Source: an uncultured Chloroflexia bacterium
GTDB lineage: Bacteria > Chloroflexota > Limnocylindria > Limnocylindrales > CSP1-4
Length of the DNA: 64,000 nucleotides
NCBI GenBank assembly: GCA_963727005.1
Contig: CAVSEO010000003.1
Span: 96,912-160,911, forward strand
Reading direction: 5' to 3'
The position numbers were made by a program, and so were the translations under genes. The stretch's first letter is position 1, and every line of letters begins with the position of its first letter. The notes beneath the pieces are model-generated. The model searched no databases, had not been told where the DNA came from, and was given only the letters and a program-made list of their open reading frames with translations. Shown piece by piece: positions 21,100 through 32,406 of this stretch.

Positions 21100-21237
21100 C
21101 CGATCGTGCGCAAGACCGCGACGCCATGGAGCTCAGGCGAGGATCGAAAGGAAGATCGATGGACCTCACGGCAACGAAGTTTGACATCGCGGGACCGGGC
21201 GTGCGCGCGCCCGGTCGTGCGGATGGAGGCCGGCGCG

Positions 21238-22211
21238 ATGAGCGCCCAGACGGCCGCCGCAGCCGATCATCGAGACCGTCGGCCTGCGCCGGACCTTCAA
21301 GGGCCGCGGCGGAGCCGTCGAGGCCGTGGCGGGCGTGGACCTGAGAGTGGCGGCCGGCGACATCTTCGGCTTCCTCGGCCCCAACGGCGCGGGCAAGACC
21401 ACGACTCTGCGGATCCTCGCCACGCTGCTGCCGCCCACCGCCGGCACCGCGTGCGTGGCCGGTTTCGACGTCGCTCGCGAGGCCCGCGAGGTCCGCGACC
21501 GGATCGGCTACGTCGCCCAGTCCGGTGGGTCGTATCGCGAGTCGACCGGGCGCGAGGAGCTGGTCATCCAGGGCCGCCTGTTCGGCATGAGCAAGGCCGA
21601 GGCCGGGCCCGAGCGGTCGAGATCCTCGAGGCGCTGGACCTGACCGAGGCCGCCGATCGGACCTGCGAGACGTACTCGGGCGGGATGCGGCGGCGGCTCA
21701 ACATCGGCATCGGCATGGTCCACCGGCCGGCGCTGCTCTTCCTCGACGAGCCGACGACCGGGCTGGATCCGCAGGCCCGGGCGCGTCTCTGGGAGGAGAT
21801 CCGCAAGCTGCGCGAGACCGGCACGACGGTCTTCCTCACGACCCACTACCTCGAGGAGGCGGACGCGCTGTGCGACCGCCTGGCCATCATCGACCACGGC
21901 CGGATCGTGGCCGAGGGATCTCCGGCGAGCTCAAGCGCGAGATCGCCGGCGACGTCCTGACGATCGGCGTCAACGGCCACGGCGACGAGGTCGTGGAGCT
22001 GCTGTCGACCGCAGCCTTTCGTCCGCGAGGCGGGCATCGAGGACGGGCTCGTCCGGCTGTACGTGGACAACGGCGAGGAGGCCGTGCCGCAGTCCTGCGC
22101 CTGCTCGACACCCACGGCCTGGCGCCCTCGACGATGAACCTCCACCGACCGAGCCTCGACGACGTCTTCCTCAAGAAGACCGGCCGATCGCTGCGCGAAA
22201 GCGCCGCGTAG
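21238..22211 (+). CDS. ABC-2 exporter ATP-binding subunit (DrrA-like), frameshifted
   Basis: GPNGAGKTT, YSGGMRRRL, LFLDEPTTGLDP, LTTHYLEEAD, PSLDDVFLKKTG. Confidence 0.92.
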
Positions 22212-22229
22212 CGGCCCAGGAGAACCACG

Positions 22230-22990
22230 ATGCGTGTATTCCGAGACACCTGGCTCATCTTCGAGCGGTCGCTCGTCCTGAGCCTGCGAAACCCGGTCTG
22301 GGTGATCATGGGCATCCTCCAGCCGATCCTGTACCTGCTCCTGTTCGGGCCGCTGCTGACGAACATCGCCAGGATGCCCGGCTTCCCGCCCGGCGGCGCT
22401 TTCAACGTCTTCGTGCCCGGGCTTCTGGTCATGACCGCGCTCTTCGGGTCCGCCTTCGTGGGCTTCGGGCTGTGTGACGAGATGCGCGAAGGCGTCGTCG
22501 AGCGCATGACCGTGACGCCGATGAGCCGCGTGGCGATGCTCGTCGGCCGCTCCTGCGGGACGTCGTCCTGCTGGTCGCCCAGGGCCTGATCCTGGTTCTG
22601 CTGGCGGTTCCGTTCGGGCTGGAGATCAACCTCGGCGGCGTCGCCGTCGCATTCCTGCTGCTGGCCCTGATCGGCATGATGATGTCGCCGGTTTCCTACA
22701 CCCTGGCGCTGGTTCTCAAGAGCGAGGACGCGCTTGCTCCGGTCGTGAACGGCATCTCGCTGCCGCTGCTGCTTCTCTCCGGCGTGATGCTGCCGATGTC
22801 CCTGGCGCCGGACTGGCTGCAGACGGTGGCGAAGTTCAACCCGCTCTACCACGCCGTGGCCGCCATCCGGGCGCTCTTCAACGCCAGCTTCGGCGACGGC
22901 GAGATCGTCATCGGCGTCGTGCTGCTCGTGGTCCTGGCGGCGGTGACGGTCTTCGTCGGCGCTCGATCGTTCAGCCGCGCCGCAGCATAG
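22230..22990 (+). CDS. ABC-2 permease (DrrB-like), frameshifted
   Basis: LRNP.W...QPILYLLLFGPLL, FVPGLL, LLLLSGVMLP, FNPLYHAV. Confidence 0.9.
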
Positions 22991-23067
22991 GCGATGATCT
23001 ACGCGACCGTGGCGGGGAAGGACCATCGTGACGCAGGCAGGCGGCCGCGACCGGTTTAGGAGGCGAG

Positions 23068-23925
23068 ATGGCGGCTTTGAGTAACCGAGGCGGTTCCGGG
23101 GTCGAGCTGGCTCGCGCCGGACGGCACGCCGCTACACGTCCGTCACTGGCCCGCGGCGGGCGAATGCTGGGCGACTGTCCTGATCGTCCACGGCATCGGG
23201 GAGCACAGCGGTCGCTATGAGCGGACCGGCCGGCTGCTGTCCGAGGCGGGACTGGACGTCCACGCCTTCGACCTTCGCGGGCACGGGCTCTCGGGAGGAC
23301 GGCGCGTCTACGTCCGCCGCTGGGACGACTTCCTCGATGACCTCGAGGCCAGCCTGGCGCGGTGTGCGCCAGGCTGGCCGACCTCTCGTCCTGATGGGTC
23401 ACTCGATGGGTGCGCTCATCGCGCTGACGTACGTCTGCTCGGACCGCCCCCGTCCCGACCTGCTCGTGCTCACCGCCCTGCCACTGGGTGCCGCGCACAC
23501 CTGCCTGGCAACGCGTCCTCGCGCCCGTTCTGAGCGTCGTTGCGCCGACGATGGTCCTCGCCAATCCGATCGCCGGGGACCAGCTATCGCGTGATCCCGC
23601 CGTCGGGAGCGCCTACTTCGCCGACCCGCTGGTTCAGCCGCGGTCGACGGCGCGGCTCGGGGCGGAGCTGCTTAGAGCGATGAAGCGTGCGCGCTCGCAG
23701 CTGGCCCGGCTCCACGTCCCGACGCTCGTCATCCACGGCGGTGCGGACACTCTCGTGCCCACGGTCGTGAGCGAGCCGCTCGCCGGCGTGGCCGGCGTGG
23801 AACGGCGCGTTCTGCCGAACCTGCGCCACGAGGTGCTGAACGAGCCGGAGGGGCCGGAGGTCGTGGCCGCCATCGTCGACTGGCTTCGCTCTCATTCATT
23901 GCGGCCCGCGTCGCCCAACCGTTAG
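23068..23925 (+). CDS. Lysophospholipase-like alpha/beta hydrolase, frameshifted
   Basis: VHGIGEHSGRY, DLRGHGLS, GHSMG, HGGAD, LRHEVLNE. Confidence 0.9.
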
Positions 23926-24002
23926 TCTTGACCCTGCCGCCGAGCGCGCCACGACTGCCGCAGCCGCGCTAGCCAGGTGGGAGAAGGGGAGGGCTTCGAT
24001 CG

Positions 24003-24610
24003 ATGGCCGTCGAAACGGACATTCGCAGTCAGGACTCTGGGTTCGAGGTGCGGTCCGAGTACCGGCCCACTCGGAAGACCTGGATTCTGTGGACATTCCT
24101 GGCCTTGCCGCTCGCATACGTCGGGCTTGTCGTCTATGTGCTGGCCGCCAGGCACGGCGAGATCCAAGGTCAGGTGACCGGTACTGTCGATCCGATCCAG
24201 ATGGCCGTGGTTCTCCTCTTGATCGTGTGCCTGATGTGGGTGCATGAAGGCGTCCACGGCATCTTCATGCTGGTCTCTGGCGCCAGACCGCAATTCGGCA
24301 TCCTGCACGTCGGTCCCGTTCCGTACGCCTTCTACACCACCGACCCGGGACATCGGTTCACCCGGCGACAGTTCTTGTCGGTTGCCCTCGCGCCGCTCGT
24401 AATCCTGGGGCTGCTGGGCATCCCGCTGTGCATGCTGCCATTCGGCGCCTATCTGGTCGTGCCGTTTGCCCTCCACCTTGGCGGCTGCATCGGCGACATC
24501 GTCATCTCATGGCAGGTGCTGAAGTACCCACCGACGGTGATGTGCGAGGATCTCCGCGATGGGGTTCGGTTCTGGGGACCGGCGGCGCCGGCTGGTCACG
24601 GCCGGCTAGG
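24003..24610 (+). CDS. DUF3267 putative membrane zinc peptidase; 3' end approximate
   Basis: HEGVHG (HExxH), ALAP, GCIGD, EDLRDG; ORF read-through into the next gene is likely an indel artefact. Confidence 0.75.
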
Positions 24611-24675
24611 ACCTTTCGTCTACCGGCCGCTCACAGGCTCTTGCGCTCGGGTCAGGCTCTGGCACCATACGCGCC

Positions 24676-25911
24676 ATGAGTATCGACATTCGAGTCTGCC
24701 CGCCCGAGCGGTTCGCCGAGCTGCTCAGGACCGCCGAAGTGGCCTTCGGCGAGGACGTTTCCGACGAGCTGATCGGCCGTGTCGAGCGCGTAGCGGACAA
24801 GGAGCGCTTCCTCGCCGCCCTGGACGGCGACCGTTTCGTGGCGACGGGCGGGGTCTTCACTATGCGTCTGACCGTGCCGGGTGGGGAGCTGCCGGCCGGG
24901 GGTGTCACCTGGGTCACCGTCCTGCCGTCGCACCGCAGGCGAGGTCTGATGAGCGGGATGATGCGGCTGATGATCGACGACTGCCATCGCCGCGGCGAAC
25001 CCCTGGCAATGCTATGGGCGGCCGAGGGCGCGATCTACCAGCGCTTCGGCTTCGGATTGGCGACCGTATCGGTAAGCCTGGAGGCCGAGCCCAAGGCGCT
25101 CGGTTTCGCTCGAGATTGGCCTCGCGAAGGATCGTGCCGTCTCCTTCCCACGGGCGAGGGGCTCGATCTGGTGACGCCCGTCTACGAGGCCGCTCGACCC
25201 GATCATCCGGGCTTCCTCGCCCGAACTCCGGACTGGTGGGTCGGGATCCTGCCGGTACCCGAGAAGGACGGGAAGGGCGGCGGCGAAGCCCGCCGGCTGG
25301 TGGTCTTCGAGGTCGAAGGCGTGCCGGAGGCCTACGCGGTCTACAAGACGAAGGCCGATTGGAACGCCCGCGGACCGGCCTGCGTACTGACGGTCGAGGA
25401 GGCTGTCGGGTGCACGCCGCGGGGAACGCGCGAGATCTGGCGCTACCTGCTCGAGGTGGACCTGATGCGGACGCTCAAGACGTGGCGACTTCCGCTCGAT
25501 CACCCGCTCATCGTCCTGGCCTCGGAACCGCGCCGGCTCGGCATGACCATGGGCGATGGGCTGTGGCTGCGGATCGTGGACGTCGACGCCGCTCTCGAGG
25601 GCCGGACGTACGGGCCCGGCGGGAACGGCAGTGGCAGTCTCACCCTGGACCTGCGCGACGACTACTGCCCGTGGAATGCGGGCCGCTGGCGGCTCGACGT
25701 CTCGGAGGGGCGAGCGCGCGTCACCAGAACCGAAGAAGCCGCGGAGATCGCGCTGGACCCGAACGATCTGGCCGCCATGTTCCTGGGGTGTTTCACGGCC
25801 AGCGCTCTCGCGGCCGCGGGACGCGTCGTGGAGCTACGACCAGGCGCCCTGGCCGTGGCCGATGGCCTATTCGCGACGGCCACCAAGCCCTGGTGCCCGC
25901 AGGAGTTCTGA
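24676..25911 (+). CDS. Eis-family GNAT acetyltransferase with SCP2-like C-terminus
   Basis: VTVLPSHRRRGL, LWAAEGAIYQRFGFG, DGLWLRIVDV.AALEGR, D..CPWNAG.W, PWCPQEF. Confidence 0.93.
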   Translation: MSIDIRVCPPERFAELLRTAEVAFGEDVSDELIGRVERVADKERFLAALDGDRFVATGGVFTMRLTVPGGELPAGGVTWVTVLPSHRRRGLMSGMMRLMIDDCHRRGEPLAMLWAAEGAIYQRFGFGLATVSVSLEAEPKALGFARDWPREGSCRLLPTGEGLDLVTPVYEAARPDHPGFLARTPDWWVGILPVPEKDGKGGGEARRLVVFEVEGVPEAYAVYKTKADWNARGPACVLTVEEAVGCTPRGTREIWRYLLEVDLMRTLKTWRLPLDHPLIVLASEPRRLGMTMGDGLWLRIVDVDAALEGRTYGPGGNGSGSLTLDLRDDYCPWNAGRWRLDVSEGRARVTRTEEAAEIALDPNDLAAMFLGCFTASALAAAGRVVELRPGALAVADGLFATATKPWCPQEF

Positions 25912-25926
25912 GCGCCGGCCAGAATC

Positions 25927-25961
25927 GAACTCGCCGCCGCGGATCCCGCGGCGGCGAGTTC
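25927..25961. terminator. Bidirectional intrinsic terminator
   Basis: GAACTCGCCGCCGCGG-ATC-CCGCGGCGGCGAGTTC perfect 16-bp stem between convergent genes. Confidence 0.8.
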
Positions 25962-25980
25962 TGTTGCGGCGTGCGCCGGC

Positions 25981-26833
25981 TTAGCTGAACGAGAAGGGTG
26001 GGTAGGGAATGGGCAGGAGAAGAACGTAAGCCTGCACGCGCGCCGCGTAGCGCAGCACGCCGGTGAAGTACGACATCGCCCAGCCCGGGTACTTGCCCAT
26101 GATCAGGATCGGGATCCAGAGGACTATCTCGAGGATGAAGCCGACGATGAACAACAGGTAGAGCACGATGATGTGGGGGATGGCCGCGATGATGCGGGCG
26201 AGGAAGCCGAATAACGGGATTCCCCAGAGTCGGCTCATCGATCGGCCTTCCAGGCTGATGTTCAGCTCGAGCGGGTTCGGAGCGCCCGGCTCGAGGGGCG
26301 GGTATCCACCCGGGAACAGGAAGTAGGCATATGCCAGCGACTCGGGTCCCGCGGTGGATCGTCTCCTTGATCAACGCCGCCTGGATGCCGATGGGTCGGC
26401 CCATGATCAGGATCGGGATCCAGCCCAGGAGGATCACCAGGTACATGCCCAGCGCGAGCAGCCAGAGCACCACGAAATGCGGGATGGCCAGGATGAATCG
26501 AACGAAGATGCCGATGAAGGGAATGCCCCACAGTCTGTTCAGCTCGGGCTGAGTGACCGTGACCGACAGCTGAACCGGGTACTCGCCCGGAGCCGGAACG
26601 TACGGCGGAGGAGCGAACGGGGGCGGGGAGGCCGGCCACGGAGCTACCGGAGGCGGCGCGGCCTGCCACGGAGCAGCCGGAGGCGGAGAGGCCTGCCAGG
26701 GAGCTACCGGAGGCGGCGCGGCCGGTGGCTGAGCGTCCGGAGGCGGCGCTGCGGGTGGCGGCGCAGCCGGTGGCTGAGCGTCCGGGGGCTGAGCGTCCGG
26801 GGGCTGAGCGTCCGGAGGCGGAGTGACGTCCAT
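25981..26833 (-). CDS. DUF4389 tandem-domain membrane protein with Pro-rich N-terminus (frameshifted)
   Basis: Two copies of RLWGIP...R.I.AIPH...WIPILIMG...YPP. Confidence 0.85.
26625..26820 (-). repeat. Coding tandem repeats PPDAQ and PP(V/A)APWQA
   Basis: GGCTGAGCGTCCGG x4; CCGGAGGCGG-containing 30-nt units. Confidence 0.7.
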
Positions 26834-26997
26834 ATCGGATCCCTCCTGCAGGTTTGGAATAGACGCCCCTTCAGGATAACTCCCGGAAGCGGGCGTTCCT
26901 CAACGATTCGCTCGATTCGCCGCCCTGTGGGAAGCCTCGGATACGCGGACACGCCCGGCCAGCCGGCGGCAGACCGATCCCGGCCGTCCCGGCCGGT

Positions 26998-27822
26998 TCA
27001 GTCCCAGGGCCGAAGCGGCGCCAGGAAATCCGTGACGAGGGCTGTCAATCTCTCAGGCTGCTCCATGCCGACCATGTGAGCCACGTCCGGCCATATGGCG
27101 GTCCGGGCGTTCGGAGCCGCCGTCTCCAGGCGCTTCAGGGCCGCCGCGAACAGGCTCAGGTCCAGGGCCCCGGCGACCGCCAGAACGGGGCAGCGCAACT
27201 CGGCGAGCCGATCATTGGCCGGCGGAGTCATGGGGATCCCTCGGCCGGCCACGTGTCCCGGCTCGAAGAGCGGCCGGGCCAGCGCCCGAACGGTTTCGCG
27301 GATCTCGGCCGGCACGCGGGTGGCCGGCTGACCCGGGCCGTCCACCCAGAGGCGGACCAGCAGATCGGCGATGGCGTCCGGATCGCGCGGGCTGGCGGAT
27401 TCGACCCGCTCGCCCTCAACGAAGATGGCCCGTTCCTGAGGTGTCGCCCCTCCGTCGAACCCTCCGGGCCCGGCCCCGATGGGGACTACGGCGACGACCC
27501 GGTCCGGCGATTCGATGGCCATATCGAGGCCGATGTGGCCGCCCTTGCTGTTGCCGACGATGGCGGCGCGCCCGACCCCGAACGCGTCCAGCACGGCCCT
27601 GAGATCGGCCCGGTCGCTGAACTCGACGTCCTCGGTCGTAGAGGCGCCGAACCCTCGCAGGTCGTAGCGGATGACCCGGTAACCGGCGGAAACCAGCCCG
27701 GGGACCATGGCATCCCACGCGGTGTGGTCCACGATGGCCGCGTGGATCAGCACCAGGGGCGGTCCGGCGCCTTCGTCGATGGCGAAGAGTCGACCGCCCG
27801 GCACCTCCACGAATTGCTCCAT
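26998..27822 (-). CDS. Alpha/beta hydrolase
   Basis: YDLRGFGAS, VGNSKGG, GALD, AHMVGMEQP. Confidence 0.9.
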   Translation of the reverse strand: MEQFVEVPGGRLFAIDEGAGPPLVLIHAAIVDHTAWDAMVPGLVSAGYRVIRYDLRGFGASTTEDVEFSDRADLRAVLDAFGVGRAAIVGNSKGGHIGLDMAIESPDRVVAVVPIGAGPGGFDGGATPQERAIFVEGERVESASPRDPDAIADLLVRLWVDGPGQPATRVPAEIRETVRALARPLFEPGHVAGRGIPMTPPANDRLAELRCPVLAVAGALDLSLFAAALKRLETAAPNARTAIWPDVAHMVGMEQPERLTALVTDFLAPLRPWD

Positions 27823-27895
27823 GCCTCGGAGTCTACCCGGCCCGCCACGGCGGCACTGACGAACCCGAGTCGCGTGCTTCTGGCACCATCCTCAC

Positions 27896-28588
27896 ATGAG
27901 TCAGGACCTGTCCGGCCTGCGTGAGCCGCACGCGCTGCTGTTCGACCTCGACGGAACGCTCGTGGATACGGTGGGAGTGCGAGTGGCGGCCTGGGTGGAG
28001 GCGTTTCGGCGGTTCGACATCCCGGCCGATCGTGCCCTGCTGCCCGAGTACATGGGATCGGACGGGCGCTGGCTGGCCAGGGAAGTGGCACGGGCCGCGG
28101 GCTCCGATATCGACTGGGCCACGAGCGACGAGATCGACCGCCTCAGCGGCTCGCTCTTCGACGAGCTGAACGAGGCGCCGCGGCCGCTGCCGGGTGCCGC
28201 GGAGCTGCTGACCGCTCTCGAGGAGCGGGGCTTCACCTTCTGCATCGCCACCGCGAGCCAGCCCGGCCAGGTGGCGGCGAACGTCAACGCCCTTCGGCTG
28301 CCCGCTCCGCCGCCGATCGTGGACGCGAGCCACGTGAAGAACGCCAAGCCCGAACCGGATCTGCTTCTCGCCGCCGCTGCGCAGCTGGACGTTCCACCGG
28401 CGGACTGCTGGTACGTGGGCGACTCGGCGTGGGACATGATGGCCAGCGCCCGCGCCCGAATGGTCGCCGTGGGCGTGACCACGGGCGCCACCTCCTCCGA
28501 GAAGCTGCTGGCGGCCGGCGCTTCGGTCGCCGTGAATGGCTTGCCCGAATTGACGGCCGAGCTCCGAAGGCGCGGCCTGCTGGGCTAG
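27896..28588 (+). CDS. HAD-IA family hydrolase
   Basis: FDLDGTLVD, ATAS, KPEPD, VGDSAWD. Confidence 0.93.
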   Translation: MSQDLSGLREPHALLFDLDGTLVDTVGVRVAAWVEAFRRFDIPADRALLPEYMGSDGRWLAREVARAAGSDIDWATSDEIDRLSGSLFDELNEAPRPLPGAAELLTALEERGFTFCIATASQPGQVAANVNALRLPAPPPIVDASHVKNAKPEPDLLLAAAAQLDVPPADCWYVGDSAWDMMASARARMVAVGVTTGATSSEKLLAAGASVAVNGLPELTAELRRRGLLG

Positions 28589-28653
28589 CGCGGCGCTCGC
28601 ATCGCTCCGGACCGGAGCGGGCGAATCCCGGAGGGTCGGGCTATCGTGCCGGC

Positions 28654-29328
28654 ATGCACTCGAACGGCGCCCCCTCCGACCCGACTGCCGAGAAGCTCCA
28701 GCTGGCCGACTGGCGGCGTCGCATCACGGAGCTCTACGCAGAGGTGCGGGGTCTGGCCGCGACCGATCCGGTGGCGGCCTGGGATCGCTGGCGCCTGACC
28801 AGGGAGAAGCTGTACCGGGAGCATCCGTCGTCGCCCGTCCCGCCCGACGCGCGCGGCGCGTTCGTGGCCAGGCATTTCGCGTACGACCCGCGGCTTCGTT
28901 TCGAGGCGGTAGTACACCCCGCCGAGCCGCCTGCGCCCGCCGCGAGCCCGGCCCTGGGAGCGGGCCTGGCTCTGCCGATCAGCGTCGGCCGGCCCATCTC
29001 GTTCGATCGGGTCGGCTGGCTGGATCTCCCGTTCGAGTCGGGAGTGCGCCGGCTCGCCCTGTTCTGGCTGCCCGAATACGCAAGCGGGTTCTTCCTGCCG
29101 TTCCGGGACGCGACCAACGGAGCCGAGACATACGGTGGCGGCCGCTATCTGATCGACAGTTCGAAGGGCGCGGATCTCGGGGGCGACCCGACCAAAGGCA
29201 CGGTAATCGTCGACTTCAACTTCGCGTACCAGCCCTCGTGCGCCTTCGACCCGCGCTGGTCGTGCCCGCTCTCACCGCCCGAGAACCGGCTCGACCTGGA
29301 GATCCGCGCCGGGGAAGTCATCCGTTGA
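28654..29328 (+). CDS. DUF1684 family protein
   Basis: HPSSP, YDP.LRF, FLPFRDATNG.ETYGGGRYL, DFNFAYQPSCA, CPL.PPEN.L, AGE. Confidence 0.9.
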   Translation: MHSNGAPSDPTAEKLQLADWRRRITELYAEVRGLAATDPVAAWDRWRLTREKLYREHPSSPVPPDARGAFVARHFAYDPRLRFEAVVHPAEPPAPAASPALGAGLALPISVGRPISFDRVGWLDLPFESGVRRLALFWLPEYASGFFLPFRDATNGAETYGGGRYLIDSSKGADLGGDPTKGTVIVDFNFAYQPSCAFDPRWSCPLSPPENRLDLEIRAGEVIR

Positions 29329-29356
29329 ACCGGCGCGGGCGCCGGCCATCGAGGGG

Positions 29357-29705
29357 TTACTCGACGGGCGGGGCCGTCTCGTCGGAGGTCTTGCCCGCGG
29401 GAGCGACCCGCTGCAGGTCCACGCCCCGGACTCGCCGCGTCTTGCCGGCATCGGTGCGGACCATGGCGGCGGGGATCAGCCCGCCGACGATCGAGTCCAC
29501 GACGGCCAGCTCGCCGGCGTAGAGTCCGCCTGCCGCCGATGCGCACCCGGTCGCCGACCGAGATGTCGTCGCGTCCGGTCAGCGCCGCGAGGTTGATCTC
29601 CGCGACCGTCGAGCGAACGTATCCCGGGTCGCCGGGCAGCCCGACGGTCCGGACCTGCCGCGTGGCCGTCCTGGCTACCGGGTAGTTGACTTTGCGTTTA
29701 CGCAT
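29357..29705 (-). CDS. Small basic protein with KOW/SH3-like motif (frameshift near 29530)
   Basis: GGAGG SD; MRKRK...ISVGDRVRIG-GLYAGELAVV...VRTDAGKTRRVR.VDL. Confidence 0.65.
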
Positions 29706-29720
29706 GGCGACCAGCCCTCC

Positions 29721-30994
29721 TTAGCGGCTCGTGGCCGCATAAGCCGGCCGAGCCTGTCCAGATCGTCCACGACCCGAGAACGTGCGAGTTCCGGAACGCC
29801 CGTCAGACCGTCGCGCCGGTGCCGGCGCAGGTTCTCGGTCCGGATCGGGCAGGAACTCCTCGACGACCTCGCACGGGATTGCCTTGCGCAGCAGGCGCTG
29901 GACTCCGCGCAGCTCCTCGACCTCGTCGGGCGAGACCAGCGAGATGGCCGTCCCGCTGGCGCCGGCTCGGCCGGTTCGGCCGATGCGGTGGATGTAGTCC
30001 TGCGGCTCGTACGGCAACTCGAAGTTGACGACGTACGGCAGGTCTTCGATGTCCAGGCCGCGCGACGCCACGTCCGTGGCCACGAGAACCTTGACGAAGC
30101 GGCCCTTGAAGGCCTCCAGGGCGCGCGTCCGCTCAGGCTGGCTGCGGTCGCCGTGGATGGCCGAGCGTGCTCACGCCGCGGCGGTCGAGGTACGAAGCCA
30201 GCCGGCTGGCGCCGAGCTTGCTCCGGGTGAAGACCAGGACCTGCTCCATCTGAGTCGCGCTGGATCAGATGGATCAGCAGGTCGGCCTTGCGGTCCTGAG
30301 TCGACCGGGTAGAGGACCTGGGTCAGGTTGTCGGCGATGCTGTTGCGAGCGGCGACTTCCACGGTCTCGGGGTTCGTCAGGAACTCGCCGGCCAGGCGCC
30401 GGATCTCGTCGGAGAAGGTGGCCGAGAAGAGCAGCGTCTGGCGCTTGGCCGGGGATGCTGCGCCACGATCTTGCGGACGTCGGGGATGAAGCCCATGTCG
30501 AGCATTCGGTCGGCCTCGTCCAGGACGAGGATCTCGACCTGCGAGAGGTTCACGCTGCGCTGGCCCATGTGGTCCATCAGCCGGCCGGGCGTGGCGACGA
30601 GGATCTCGACGCCGTTCCAGAGGATCTTGATCTCGGGGTCGATGCGGGTGCCGCCGTAGACGACCGCTGGAGCGGAGCGGTACTGCCGCGGCCGTAGGTC
30701 TTGACCGACTCGGCGACCTGGACCGCGAGCTCGCGGGTCGGGGTCAGGATGAGGACCCGGACCGGGTGCCGCGCCGGCGAGAAGCCGGTGTTGGCGTGGT
30801 GCGCGGAGGTTCTCCAGGATCGGCAGGACGAAGGCGGCTGTCTTGCCGGTGCCGGTCTGGGCGGCGGCGAGAACGTCGCGGCCGGCGAGGATCAAGGGGA
30901 TGGCCGCGCTCTGGACGGGCGTCGGCTCGGTGTAGCCCTCTCTCGCCACTGTGGCGAGGAGGTCGGCCGAAAGGCCGAGGTTTTCGAATGTCAA
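29721..30994 (-). CDS. DEAD-box RNA helicase (RhlE-like), several frameshifts
   Basis: PTPVQ, AQTGTGKT, PTREL, ATPGRL, LDEADRMLDMGF, FSAT, IHGD, ATDVASRGLDI, HRIGRTGRAG. Confidence 0.93.
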
Positions 30995-31116
30995 ACGAGT
31001 TGCTCCTGAGTGCGTCGGATGACGCAGGGTCTGGGCGTGGCCCGGCAGGCGACGCCGATCGAGACGTTCGGTGATTTGGGCTGGCTGCGCCGCGACGCTG
31101 CGCGTGCCGACAGCGC

Positions 31117-32309
31117 TCAGGCACATGTCACCTGCCGCCAGATTGTGACGAGGCGGTCGGACGGCGCCTCTCGGAGGCCGTGCGGACCGCGTGATCGAAG
31201 ACGCGCCGGTATTTGCGGCCCGACTTCCCACCAGACCATGCCACGGCTGTGTTCGTAGGCGAGCCGGCCCATCGCCGCCCGCATCTCGGCGTCGATCAGC
31301 AGCTCCGATGATGGCTTCGGCGAAGACTCCGGCCGAGGACCCGGCGGGACGAGCCGGCCGCGTCCGCCGGCGAGCAACTCGGAGGCATAGGCGGAGGCGG
31401 TCGAAACGATCGCCTTGCCGGCGGCCATGGCGTAGGCGAGCGTGCCCGAGACGGTGCGGTCGAGGTCCGGCTAGGGCGTCGCGAAGACGTCCGCGGCCTC
31501 GAGCCACGTGCCCAGCTCGACGCGGCCGACGAACCGGTCGACGAACTTGACGTGCTCGGTCATGCCGAGAGCCGCGACCTGGGCTTCGAGGCCGGCCCGA
31601 TATGCCTCGCCGTCGCGGCCGACGACGGTTGCCGGGCTGGTGGCGCCGAGGATGACGTAGCAGGCGTTGGGCACCGCTTCGACGACGGCGGGCATGGCCT
31701 CGATGACCGATCTCGAGACCCTTGCCGGGCGCGAGGAGCCCGAAGCTCAGGATCACCGTCTTGCCCTGAAGGCCGAGACGCGGCTTGACCGTGTCCGGCG
31801 GCGACCAGCGGCAGATCGGAGACGCCGTGCGGGACGACGTCGATCCGCTCGGCGTCCACGCCGTAGACGCTGGTCAGCAGATCCGCGGCGGCTTGCGACA
31901 TGACAACGATCGACTCGGCCGCACCCGACCAGCTCGATCAGGATCGCCCGCTGCGCGGGCGTGGGGCGCGGCCGGCACGTTGTGGAGCGTGGCCACCATC
32001 GGGATTCGCAGGGCCCGAACGAAGTCGAGGACGTAGGCGCCGTCCTCGCCGCCCCAGATGCCCGGCTCGTACTGGACGGAGACGACGTTCACGCCGCAGT
32101 CGTTGAGGGCGTGGGCGACGTAGGGGTAGTCCGCTCTGGATGTCGCGCCGGATCCGGTGGCGGACTTCGGCCGGATAGGGGCCCGGTTCGTCGGTCGGGT
32201 GAAGGGCGACGATCTCGCGCTCGCCGACCGTCGTGGCGAGATCGTACGTGAACGTCGCGATGCCGCACTGACGCGGGGCGTAGGTGGAAACGAAAGCCGT
32301 CCTCGAGAT
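31117..32309 (-). CDS. Glycosyltransferase family 4; frameshifts plus in-frame TAG (possible pseudogene)
   Basis: FVSTYAPRQCGIATFT, VQYE.GIWGGEDG, VVPHGV, SFGLLAPGKGLE, SGTLAYAMAAGKAIVST. Confidence 0.8.
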
Positions 32310-32406
32310 GAGGTAACTCCTGTCAGATGAAACCGGCCAACGAGGCGGGGCGCTCCGCGGCCCGAGACGACTGCCGTCCGGGCCGCGAAGTGCCGGAAGC
32401 TGCGGA

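Noticed and set aside
24003-25988. 661-aa DUF3267-Eis fusion
   Set aside because: The extension is out of frame with Eis and looks non-coding; Eis has its own start at 24676.
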